Virus record (IMG/VR): IMGVR_UViG_3300032225_002400
Span: 11,745 to 75,744 of that record
Source: a virus
Lineage: Duplodnaviria > Caudoviricetes
Strand: one strand, 5' to 3'
DNA: 64,000 nucleotides
The translations under genes and the position numbers were made by a program. This document shows, in pieces, positions 9,501-17,286 of the stretch. Each line of letters starts with the position of its first letter. Position 1 is the first letter of the stretch. Below the pieces are notes generated by a model. It saw nothing but the letters and a program-made list of their open reading frames with translations. It ran no database searches and was not told where the DNA came from.

Positions 9501-11163
9501 GTTTGAACATACATTTCAAAATATTAAAGTTGGAGATACAATTAGAATAAAAGAAGGCTTGGGTTTAGGTAGTTTAATGAATTTAGAAGGAGAAGATTTA
9601 GAGGTAGAAAAAATTACAAGACACTATTTTGCATCTGGAACTAAAAAATACTATCATGTAGAATATGATGGTGATAAATATGAAGTTAGAGAAGATTTTG
9701 TTGATAATGAAAGAATGGAGAAAGGTGGTGAACTTCCTACTTTTACAAAAGAAGAATGGTCAAAAAAACAAAAAGATAGTAAACTTAAAACTGAAGATGG
9801 TAAATACTACATCATGAAATATGATGATGAAATAGGAACTTACTTACAAGAAGTTAAAGTTTTAGAAGATGGTGGTGAATTATCTAAATCTCAAGAATTA
9901 AAATCTAAAATTGAAAAAATATTAGATAAAGTTTTACCTGGATTTTACAAAAATGTTTTTGTTAGAAAAAATTATTTTGATAATGGAGAATACATAGGTA
10001 TTATAATGGCTGCATCTAATTATGAAATTAATAGAGTTAAAGGACAATATCCACAAGATGTTAGCTTGATGTTAGATGTAAATGATATGGATTTACATGT
10101 TCAAGTTTTTGGAGGAAATGGTGGAAATAGAATTTATCTAGTTCCTGATAAAAATGACCCTAAAGAAAAATATCTAGCAATGGCTGGTGTAAAGATTCCT
10201 TTCAGGACACCTAAAAAAGAAGAAAAATTTGTATTACAAGCTATTGAAAAATTTGCTGAAAGCTATAAAAATGCTTTAAAAGAAAATAAAGATAGATTAT
10301 TTTATAAAGAATATGTTGATTATGATACATTAATTATGGCTGATGGTGGTTTTGTAGATAAATCAGATGAAGAGCTAAAAAGTATGAATGATGATGAGCT
10401 TTTTGCATATTTAGATGCTAAAGCAGCTTATATGAAACAATATAAAAGACCATTATCTGCGTATAAAGCAAAAAACTTTGCAGCAAACGCTACTGCAGTT
10501 CAATATCAAAAAGAAGGTACATCAAAACTTGAAGATAATTTTCCAGACATTAAAAAAATAAATGAACAAACTTCAAGAGACACTTCAAATTATTTAAACA
10601 ATAAGTTAGAAAATGGTGGAGAAACAACTTTTGAAGACAAAGTAAAAGCTATTCAAAAAAATCTTTTAAAAAATAAAAAAGTTCCAGCAATAGTTCAAAA
10701 AGACTATGGTAAAACTTATAATAAAGCTGAAGCAAAAGAATCAGCACAAAGAATAGTAGGTGCTCAAACTGCTAAGATGATGGAAATGAGAAATAAAATG
10801 TCCAAAGGTGGTAAAACTTCTGTGTCTCCATTAAAAGATAGAATTATTGGTTCAAAAAAAAACAAAGTAGGAACAGCAAGCTCTAAAACTTCAGCAAAAG
10901 AAATAGAACTTAGTGAAACAATTATTACATCATTAAGTGAAAAAGCAAAAGAATATAACAATAAACACTCAAAAAAAGTAAGTACTAGCACATTAAAAGC
11001 AGTAATGAGAAGAGGTATGGGAGCATTTAGTAGTAGCCATAGACCAGGAATGACAAGACAAGGATGGGGATACGCTAGAGTTAATAAATTTTTGTTAAAA
11101 AAAGGAGGAAAAAAAGTAAAAGCAACTTATACTCAAGATGATGACCTATTAGAAAATGGAGGT
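5311..11163 (+). repeat. dispersed protein motif [MLFY]-x-x-G-G-[EQK..]-[LVI], about 24 copies
   Basis: e.g. 5311, 5455, 5719, 6151, 6433, 6706, 6946, 7213, 7429, 7447, 7771, 7789, 8044, 8062, 8722, 8944, 9220, 9715, 9862, 10336, 10606, 10798, 11149. Confidence 0.9.
6565..8427 (+). CDS. multidomain polyprotein 2
   Basis: Nine xxxGG motifs; EF-hand-like DVNKNGKLDAQDF; MFGGTFIYSSDSRF..PLHDR module. Confidence 0.7.
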   Translation: MAKSALDKLKSKTKLKPKTLVGKQKNLDVNKNGKLDAQDFKMLRKDEMAKGGEVSEEKMIQKLTKQFEGKDLWEDEILDEYEVKMFDWETEDEDIEKWKNKNSKKNYIVPFNSEDDSHIFILVPKNKMAEGGQTFNADYWEDYYDGDRKINFMHPNVQIAEFVGSIVHESEEENNFILSKKDYEDILDLSYKFHQKKGYLSASIVESMIMQESKGEYKKGGTIAQENNDMLQSNIKEIKHHADELKDIVTNKTEVEPWVIAKTERASTDLSDVTHYLDGEKDKSLEMPFEQGGYMADGGELSGLTANIYRSDYDSPTNKMYGKTNVTIIDKEVPEIFKPNESRPAVRLIRRKFRFGSDEYEYIHAVPYNQSDSEGMFGGTFIYSSDSRFPSKYPIPLHDRVEMKKGGYMAEGGNVQIERISTKKDITQRSLSESEVRNAIDDKFDEIMLIDLPKLTMFYKQDSESSNLIDESFADIKAARRKIMRSSSPGDRLMEKGGYMAKGGMTAKDRKIADHIVKTYNMDEPGMSPVYANQLRREESRLNKTYGRDWQKTMTPAEKVNKFLDAVRLSDNSITLKDITVEASPRGNWVVFEHGKVIMTVNHDMLDEETIRTYNLEHHN

Positions 11164-11457
11164 GAATTAAAAAAAGAAATGAAAGTTTCTGACAAACCAA
11201 AATTTAAAAAACTACAAGAACTTGAAAATAAAATTTTACATTCAAGAAATAGAGCAAGAAATTTTATGGATTGGAATGAAGGTAGTATAGGAACTAATTA
11301 TAATATAAAATGGCAAAAAATGATTAAAAAATTAAGAGGTTGGGATGATTATGCCTCTATAAGCGAACAAAGTAATAATACTAAACAAGAATGGAAAGAA
11401 TATTGTAAAGAAGTTGGTGCAGTAGAAAATTATAATTTTGGAGATGTTATAGCATAA
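8434..11457 (+). CDS. multidomain polyprotein 3 (includes DUF5824-like module)
   Basis: Ten xxxGG motifs; LKAVMRRGMGAFSSSHRPGMTRQGWGYARVNKFL..DDDLL module. Confidence 0.7.
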   Translation: MQEYINKQIVQLEPITTLRDKQGFRFYSTNDGKTLYAEKNSKIYNVSEDSLQPIGEVPLAHRRFEFVGIVNDEDIAKLGILYYENQTFGRVRKQFGMAKGGQIEIGDYVKIKETYGGGSGIVEDIMNNFVVVKTKEGKKSYHLSDLIAYSSASEAAYDLGDEDNEDYEDDYAKGGQIALRDAKYTMSLAFDNAGFSKAFKDLKRLSNNVFLLQVSSYIKDNDTLQKIVKEFNETLKSNFVVDKNSFKKTFNGNEIKIENKTSMADGGELESKKQYLLEYLNNFPKNAESWRQATDEVRDIARMARITYLEVDEKEYEPLDFKTLKSPAEWNTLGREYITDMYNRMSDKAKKEFLDAFEHTFQNIKVGDTIRIKEGLGLGSLMNLEGEDLEVEKITRHYFASGTKKYYHVEYDGDKYEVREDFVDNERMEKGGELPTFTKEEWSKKQKDSKLKTEDGKYYIMKYDDEIGTYLQEVKVLEDGGELSKSQELKSKIEKILDKVLPGFYKNVFVRKNYFDNGEYIGIIMAASNYEINRVKGQYPQDVSLMLDVNDMDLHVQVFGGNGGNRIYLVPDKNDPKEKYLAMAGVKIPFRTPKKEEKFVLQAIEKFAESYKNALKENKDRLFYKEYVDYDTLIMADGGFVDKSDEELKSMNDDELFAYLDAKAAYMKQYKRPLSAYKAKNFAANATAVQYQKEGTSKLEDNFPDIKKINEQTSRDTSNYLNNKLENGGETTFEDKVKAIQKNLLKNKKVPAIVQKDYGKTYNKAEAKESAQRIVGAQTAKMMEMRNKMSKGGKTSVSPLKDRIIGSKKNKVGTASSKTSAKEIELSETIITSLSEKAKEYNNKHSKKVSTSTLKAVMRRGMGAFSSSHRPGMTRQGWGYARVNKFLLKKGGKKVKATYTQDDDLLENGGELKKEMKVSDKPKFKKLQELENKILHSRNRARNFMDWNEGSIGTNYNIKWQKMIKKLRGWDDYASISEQSNNTKQEWKEYCKEVGAVENYNFGDVIA

Positions 11458-11468
11458 AATTAATATAA

Positions 11469-12008
11469 ATGAATATAGACCAACAAATATATAATACAGC
11501 TATTCAGCAAGGATTTAATCCTGTAGCAGCTAAATTAATAGCAGCTCAGGCTAGATTTGAAAGTGCTGACTATACTAGTAATGTTTTTAAAAATAATAAT
11601 AATACTAGTGGTATTAAATTTGTAGGGCAACCTAACGCAGTTCAAGGAACTCTTTCTCCTGAAGGTAACTACTACGCTAAATTCAATACAATTCAAGATT
11701 CAATTAATGACAAAATAGTTAGAATTTATAATATCACAATGGGAGGTATTTCTCCTGACGAACTTAAAAGCTCAAATAATGCAGACGATTTTGCAACTAA
11801 ACTAAAGAAAAGAAATTATTTTGGTAATTATAGCTACGCTACTGCGCAAGGTCAAAAAGAAGCAGCAGCTTACGCTTCTGGTTTAAAATCAAAAGTTTTA
11901 AAAATAAATATTATAGCTTTTGTACAAAAAAATAAAATTGCTATTGGTTTTGGTTTAATTTTACTTGGAAGCGGTTTATGGTATTACTTCAAAAATAAAA
12001 AGAAATAA
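11469..12008 (+). CDS. GH73-like glucosaminidase/muramidase with C-terminal TM anchor
   Basis: IAAQARFES, NNNTSGIK, YAKFNTIQDS; C-terminal IAIGFGLILLGSGLWYYFKNKKK. Confidence 0.75.
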   Translation: MNIDQQIYNTAIQQGFNPVAAKLIAAQARFESADYTSNVFKNNNNTSGIKFVGQPNAVQGTLSPEGNYYAKFNTIQDSINDKIVRIYNITMGGISPDELKSSNNADDFATKLKKRNYFGNYSYATAQGQKEAAAYASGLKSKVLKINIIAFVQKNKIAIGFGLILLGSGLWYYFKNKKK

Positions 12009-12010
12009 AT

Positions 12011-12505
12011 ATGTATGGTCCAGCAACATATCTTGCGACAAGAGATTTTATAAAAAAATATGGAATTGGTGTTGCAAACTCAATCAAAGGAACAGGATTG
12101 TATTTTCCTGCAATTATGGCTCAATCTGCTTTAGAAAGTGGATATGGCAAGTCGATACCAGAAGGCTCAAATAATTTTGGAGGTATAAAATATAATCCTT
12201 CTTTAAATGGTGTAGTTGGTTATGTTTCAGCAGATACTACTGAATATAAAAATGGAAAACCATATAAAACTATACAGAAGTTTTCAAAGTTTAAAGACGT
12301 AGAATCTGGATTTAAAGCTCACATACAAGTATTACTTTCTGATAGATATAAAACTGCTAGAGATAAAGCAAAAAGTCCTGAAGAACAAATTCTAATGATT
12401 GCAAAAGCTGGGTATACAACAACAAAACCACAATCATACTTAAATCTCATGAAAGGTATTATTGAAGCTTCAAGAGATATTTCAAAATTAGGTAGAATTT
12501 CTTAA
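12011..12505 (+). CDS. GH73 / FlgJ-type peptidoglycan hydrolase
   Basis: IMAQSALESGYG, SNNFGGIK, FSKFKDVESGFKAH, IAKAGYTT. Confidence 0.85.
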   Translation: MYGPATYLATRDFIKKYGIGVANSIKGTGLYFPAIMAQSALESGYGKSIPEGSNNFGGIKYNPSLNGVVGYVSADTTEYKNGKPYKTIQKFSKFKDVESGFKAHIQVLLSDRYKTARDKAKSPEEQILMIAKAGYTTTKPQSYLNLMKGIIEASRDISKLGRIS

Positions 12506-12514
12506 ATTTATATT

Positions 12515-12661
12515 ATGAATAAAAAAACTTTGATGTATTTAGGCGTAGGAACAATATTAGCTATGGGAGTATGGCTTATATATAGAAATAATAGAAACAA
12601 TAAAATAGATGCAACACCAGTGTCTTATGATGAAGCAATTAAAAACTTGGAAAATATTTAA
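12515..12661 (+). CDS. 48-aa single-TM protein
   Basis: Manual translation MNKKTLMYLGVGTILAMGVWLIYRNNRNNKIDATPVSYDEAIKNLENI*. Confidence 0.7.
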   Translation: MNKKTLMYLGVGTILAMGVWLIYRNNRNNKIDATPVSYDEAIKNLENI

Positions 12662-12682
12662 TTACAATAAAACCATAAACAA

Positions 12683-13234
12683 ATGAGAAAGTTTGAAAAA
12701 AAAATCAATGAACTTGGATTAGAAAAAGGTAAATTATCAAAAAACCTTAATGAAGTTATCAGAAACTTTGAATTAGCTGAAGATGAACTAAAATCATTAA
12801 AACTTGAACTTAAAACTGCTGAAAAAGAAGAAGATAATGAGGATGAAATAGATAATTTAGTTTCAAAAATTGAAGAAACAGAGTCTCAATTAGAACAAAC
12901 AGATGATTATCTAGTTAAAAAGATTGAAATTCATCACAAAAATGGAGACATGTATGCTATGAGAGCAGAAAAAATGAGAGAAGCAAGAATAGCAAAATCT
13001 GCCAATAAAAATTCTATTCCTACTGCAGAACCTAAACAAATTGAGCAACCTAAAGTTGAACCTATTGTAACTATTAAAGAAGAAGTAAAAGCTCAACAAA
13101 AAAGCACACAGGAAACTCCATTAGTTAAAAATGAAGAAGAGAAAGAAAAGAAAAAAACTAATTGGATTTTATGGGGTGTTTTAGGTGTCGCAGGTATATT
13201 TGTTGGCATAAACTTATTTAAAAATAAAAGATAA
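12683..13234 (+). CDS. coiled-coil protein with C-terminal TM anchor
   Basis: Acidic heptad region; C-terminal NWILWGVLGVAGIFVGINLFKNKR. Confidence 0.7.
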   Translation: MRKFEKKINELGLEKGKLSKNLNEVIRNFELAEDELKSLKLELKTAEKEEDNEDEIDNLVSKIEETESQLEQTDDYLVKKIEIHHKNGDMYAMRAEKMREARIAKSANKNSIPTAEPKQIEQPKVEPIVTIKEEVKAQQKSTQETPLVKNEEEKEKKKTNWILWGVLGVAGIFVGINLFKNKR

Positions 13235-13515
13235 TGACATATCATATCACTAATTATACTAAAGAACAAGCTAAAAGACACAATGTCATTGTAAAACCAT
13301 CTACAAATCCAAAAAAGAAAATAGATGTTTTCAATAAAAAAGGCGAAAAAATAGCAAGTGTTGGAGCTTTAGGATTTGGTGATTATCCAACTTTTATAAA
13401 AAAGTATGGTCTTGAATATGCAGAAAAAAGAAGACGTGCTTATAAGTTTAGACATGAAAAGGATAGACACGAAAGAGGAACTAATGGTTGGTATGCAGAT
13501 AAATTACTTTGGTAA
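13234..13515 (+). CDS. small basic protein, DUF5754-like
   Basis: KKKIDVF..KIASVGALGFGDY..RRRAYKFRH..GWYADKLLW; family recalled from giant-virus proteins, unverified. Confidence 0.55.
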   Translation: MTYHITNYTKEQAKRHNVIVKPSTNPKKKIDVFNKKGEKIASVGALGFGDYPTFIKKYGLEYAEKRRRAYKFRHEKDRHERGTNGWYADKLLW

Positions 13516-13524
13516 AATATATTT

Positions 13525-13698
13525 ATGAAACATTTAAAATCTATGACTTTTAACTTTATCTTATATTTTGGTATGATTTGGGCGAGTACTGCAATTAGTA
13601 TTGAAACTTATATGCTATATTTATATTTTTCAAATCAAAATAAAAAAATAAAAGTTATCACAAATAAAGTAGAAAATATAATTGATAAAATAAGATAA
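13525..13698 (+). CDS. 57-aa membrane protein
   Basis: Manual translation MKHLKSMTFNFILYFGMIWASTAISIETYMLYLYFSN...KIR*; fills the gap between coupled genes. Confidence 0.6.
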   Translation: MKHLKSMTFNFILYFGMIWASTAISIETYMLYLYFSNQNKKIKVITNKVENIIDKIR

Positions 13699-13699
13699 A

Positions 13700-14008
13700 A
13701 TGTTTAGTTATCCTAATTTATGGGTCATGTTAACTGGTATCATATTAGGATTATTTATTATAATATCAAGTGTTTATTTTGTAAATAAAATGTTTGTAAA
13801 TGATACAAAAGATGTACTTGTAAGATTTATTATACTTGTATTTACAGCCTTGGTAGCACTTTATATAGTAGATAAAGTAATTGCTTTTAGAATAAAACTT
13901 TTACCAGATGATACTAATAAAGAACTTTTTGACCTGATAAAAACGCTGATACTTATGATTTTTTCATATTATTTTGGTACAAAGAACAATTCAAAAGAAA
14001 ACCATTAA
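13700..14008 (+). CDS. 3-TM membrane protein, holin candidate
   Basis: Three hydrophobic segments, FSYYFG near C-terminus, upstream of endolysin. Confidence 0.55.
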   Translation: MFSYPNLWVMLTGIILGLFIIISSVYFVNKMFVNDTKDVLVRFIILVFTALVALYIVDKVIAFRIKLLPDDTNKELFDLIKTLILMIFSYYFGTKNNSKENH

Positions 14009-14054
14009 ATATTAAAATATTATTACTTAATTTTAATTAATAAATAAATAGTAT

Positions 14055-14315
14055 ATGAAAAACTTTTTAATTAGAATGTTCAGTGATAAAAGTGATATTA
14101 ATCCTAAAGTTGTAGTTGGTTTTATCTCTTTTATAACAATGATTATATATGGTTTGACAGATGTTGTAACAGGAGCAATTGGAAAAGAGTTTATAGTTGA
14201 ACCAATAGTTTTCAATGGTTTGATGTATACAACTTTTGGTTGTTTAGGAATAGCAGGAGCTGAAGCAATATTTGGTAATAAAAATATTTCAAAAGATGAA
14301 ACAAAGTCTGAATAA
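14055..14315 (+). CDS. 2-TM membrane protein, holin candidate
   Basis: Two TM segments, directly upstream of GH19 gene. Confidence 0.5.
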   Translation: MKNFLIRMFSDKSDINPKVVVGFISFITMIIYGLTDVVTGAIGKEFIVEPIVFNGLMYTTFGCLGIAGAEAIFGNKNISKDETKSE

Positions 14316-14320
14316 ATTTT

Positions 14321-14917
14321 ATGATTGAAAAATTAAATGGTAAGTTACCACAGGCTGTTTTAAATGAGCTTCCATTAGTAATGGATAAGTTTGGTATTTC
14401 AAATCCTACAAGATTAGCTCATTTTTTGTCTCAAGTAGCTCATGAAAGTGGAGATTTCAAATTTGTTAATGAAAACTTAAACTATAGCGCTAAGAGTTTA
14501 ATGTCTGTATTTAAAAAATATTTTCCAACTGAAGCTTTAGCTATATCTTATGAGAGAAAACCTGAAAAAATAGCTAATAAAGTGTATGCAAATAGAATGG
14601 GAAATGGAGATGAAGCTTCAGGAGAAGGTTATAAATACAGAGGTCGTGGATATATACAATTAACTGGAAAAGATAATTACAATGCATTTTCTGCCTTTAT
14701 TGGCGAAGATTGTTTAGCAAATCCTGACTTAATTGCAACAAAATATCCATTAGCTTCTGCAGCATTTTTCTTTGATAAAAATAAACTATGGGATATTTGT
14801 GATAAAGGACATTCACATGAAATAGTTATTGCTGTAACAAAACGTGTAAATGGAGGAATAATAGGATTGGATGATAGAATTAAACATTTTGAAGAATATA
14901 ATAACTTATTAGCATAA
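14321..14917 (+). CDS. GH19 lysozyme/chitinase-like endolysin
   Basis: RLAHFLSQVAHESG, ENLNYS, YRGRGYIQLTGKDNY, VTKRVNGG..GLDDR. Confidence 0.9.
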   Translation: MIEKLNGKLPQAVLNELPLVMDKFGISNPTRLAHFLSQVAHESGDFKFVNENLNYSAKSLMSVFKKYFPTEALAISYERKPEKIANKVYANRMGNGDEASGEGYKYRGRGYIQLTGKDNYNAFSAFIGEDCLANPDLIATKYPLASAAFFFDKNKLWDICDKGHSHEIVIAVTKRVNGGIIGLDDRIKHFEEYNNLLA

Positions 14918-14921
14918 ATAA

Positions 14922-15416
14922 TTGATTAATATGGATTTAGGAATAGGAAAAGTAATAAAAGACGGAAATGGAAATACATTACTATACACAGCTCTTTTAG
15001 CTGCTGCAATAGCTAATACTATGCCAACACCATTTGATTCAATATACTTTCGTAGAGTTAATAAATTACAAAGAGATTATGATGAAGATAAAATAACTGC
15101 CGAAGAACTTGAATGGCATGTTGCAGCAGAATATTATATATGGACTTCATTGTGGTATGTTGCTTTATTTACAGGAATTTATGCTTTCGGTGGTAAATAT
15201 AAAACTAACGCTAGAATTTTATTAGCAATAAGTGCAGGAGGGTTAGTTTTAGGAGCAATAAATAAAAATATAGAAGTAGATAAAGAAGTAAAAAAAAGAT
15301 TATCACAACCTAAAGCACCGAATATGCCTTTTACAGGTTTTAGTGAAGAAAACTATTGGAATGATACTTTTAACCAATTTCCTTCTTACACTCCCACAGA
15401 TAGCGTAAAAAGATAG
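14922..15416 (+). CDS. multi-TM membrane protein
   Basis: Several hydrophobic segments; PFTG motif near C-terminus. Confidence 0.6.
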   Translation: MINMDLGIGKVIKDGNGNTLLYTALLAAAIANTMPTPFDSIYFRRVNKLQRDYDEDKITAEELEWHVAAEYYIWTSLWYVALFTGIYAFGGKYKTNARILLAISAGGLVLGAINKNIEVDKEVKKRLSQPKAPNMPFTGFSEENYWNDTFNQFPSYTPTDSVKR

Positions 15417-15547
15417 TATATAAATTACTAATTTGATAATAATAAAATAATATAATAATAAAAATTTAATATTATTTTTATAATGTGTATTAAGATGGTG
15501 ATTAAGCAAATGTAGATTTTTAAAAAAAAACCAAAAAAATACAATAA

Positions 15548-16555
15548 ATGCCACCAATTAGTCTCAGAAGCAAATTAGCTAGAGAATATCGTACTAAACA
15601 TCCTGATTATCCTACTAAAAAATTAGCTAGGATAATGTATTCAGAAAACAATCTTACTTTTCTTAATGAAGAAGCTGCAAGGTCTACATTAAGATACATT
15701 GAAGGTAAAAATGGTAATTTTCTAAGGACACGAAAAATAGTACAAAATGGCGAGTTTTTAAAAGAAGAACCTAGACCATACAATCCTTACAATCTTCCAA
15801 AATCAGATGAAACTGCATTTGAACCTTACGTCTTTAAAGGTCATAAGAAAGTTTTAATTTTATCTGATATACATGTGCCATATCATAGTATAGGAGCTAT
15901 AACAGCAGCTATCCAATATGCAAAGAAAACAAAACCTGATGCACTTTTATTGAATGGAGATACTATTGATTGCCATAGACTAAGCAGATTCATCAAAGAC
16001 CCGAAGAAAAGAAACTTTAAGCTTGAACTAGACACATTCAAAGCTTTATTTGATATATTTGAGAAGGAACTAAAATGCAAAATATACTTTAAGATAGGTA
16101 ACCATGAAGAAAGATATGAGCATTTTCTTTATGAAAAAGCAGGTGAATTAGTGGGAGTAGAAGAATTTGAGTTTGAAAATATTATTAAGGCAAGAGCTAG
16201 AGGCATAGAAATAATAGGAGATAAAAGACCAATGAAGTTAAATAACCTTTGGGGCATTCATGGTCATGAATATATTGGCGGTATTTCTGCACCTGTAAAC
16301 CCTGCTAGAGGTTTATTTTTAAGAGCTAAAGTAAGTACTTTTCAAGGCCATAATCATCAAACTTCTGAACACACAGAGCCTACTCTTACTGGAAAAATGG
16401 TAACTACTTGGTCTTTAGGATGTTTAAGTGAATTACACCCAGCTTATATGCCTTTAAATAAATGGAATCATGGCTTTGCGCAAGTTGATTTAGATACTAA
16501 TGGTGAAGATTTTGAATTTATAAATAAACGTATTTTTAAAGGAAAAATTGTATAA
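15548..16555 (+). CDS. calcineurin-like metallophosphoesterase
   Basis: SDIHVPYH, GDTID, GNHE, HGHE, GHNH motifs in canonical order. Confidence 0.9.
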   Translation: MPPISLRSKLAREYRTKHPDYPTKKLARIMYSENNLTFLNEEAARSTLRYIEGKNGNFLRTRKIVQNGEFLKEEPRPYNPYNLPKSDETAFEPYVFKGHKKVLILSDIHVPYHSIGAITAAIQYAKKTKPDALLLNGDTIDCHRLSRFIKDPKKRNFKLELDTFKALFDIFEKELKCKIYFKIGNHEERYEHFLYEKAGELVGVEEFEFENIIKARARGIEIIGDKRPMKLNNLWGIHGHEYIGGISAPVNPARGLFLRAKVSTFQGHNHQTSEHTEPTLTGKMVTTWSLGCLSELHPAYMPLNKWNHGFAQVDLDTNGEDFEFINKRIFKGKIV

Positions 16556-16982
16556 TATGAAAACCATAAAAGTATTTAATCGAGGAAAAGAACTCAATAC
16601 AAAACTTTATCAAGAGTTGAAGGAGTTGGATTACAAAGTATTTAATGGTTGCGATAATGAATTTAAACCTAACCGCGATTGGTGGGTAATAGTTTCAGCT
16701 AATAAAATTGTAGCTTATTGTGGTTGTTCGTTTAATGAAAATATATGTATTTTTGTAAGAGCTTGGGTACAAAAAGAATATCGTGGTCAAGGATTGCAGA
16801 AAAAAATGATAAAATTAAGACTTAAATCAGCCTTTGATTGTAGAATAGCAATAACTTACACAACTGTAGATAATTATCCAAGTGTAAATAGTTTAATTTC
16901 TCAAGGGTTTAAACTTTTTTCTCCTGAATATGCTTATGCAGGTAGACAAATGCTTTATTTTCAAAAAGAATTGAAAAATTAA
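16548..16982 (+). CDS. GNAT-family N-acetyltransferase
   Basis: AWVQKEYRGQGL acetyl-CoA motif A; NYPSVNSLISQGF. Confidence 0.85.
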   Translation: MYNMKTIKVFNRGKELNTKLYQELKELDYKVFNGCDNEFKPNRDWWVIVSANKIVAYCGCSFNENICIFVRAWVQKEYRGQGLQKKMIKLRLKSAFDCRIAITYTTVDNYPSVNSLISQGFKLFSPEYAYAGRQMLYFQKELKN

Positions 16983-17039
16983 TCAAAAAGTATTAATTTT
17001 AAATTATTATTGATAATTTTAAACTAAAATTCAGAATTT

Positions 17040-17150
17040 ATGAATAGTAAAGATTTAGTACCTGCATTAGTAGGGTTTGGAATTAGCTTAGTTGGTATTT
17101 ACATCATTGTAAGAGTTGCTTCAGGAGCATGGGCTTCAGGACAAAAATAA
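17040..17150 (+). CDS. 36-aa single-TM protein
   Basis: Manual translation MNSKDLVPALVGFGISLVGIYIIVRVASGAWASGQK*. Confidence 0.7.
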   Translation: MNSKDLVPALVGFGISLVGIYIIVRVASGAWASGQK

Positions 17151-17160
17151 AAATAAAATT

Positions 17161-17280
17161 ATGGCAAAAGCAACAAAAAAAATAGGTGTGGCAGATATTG
17201 CAAAGCTTGCAAAAAAAATTAGAAAACCTAATGAGAAATGGACCGATGCAATAAAAAGAGCAGCGGCACAATTAAAGTAA
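17161..17280 (+). CDS. 39-aa Lys/Ala-rich basic protein, candidate DNA-condensing core protein
   Basis: Manual translation MAKATKKIGVADIAKLAKKIRKPNEKWTDAIKRAAAQLK*. Confidence 0.65.
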   Translation: MAKATKKIGVADIAKLAKKIRKPNEKWTDAIKRAAAQLK

Positions 17281-17286
17281 TTTAAT

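Noticed and set aside
5311-11163. GG motif as canonical adenain site or C39 double-glycine leader
   Set aside because: Adenain needs M/L/I at P4 but here it is at P5; no C39-type leader helix or ABC transporter; no adenain or I7-like protease recognised.
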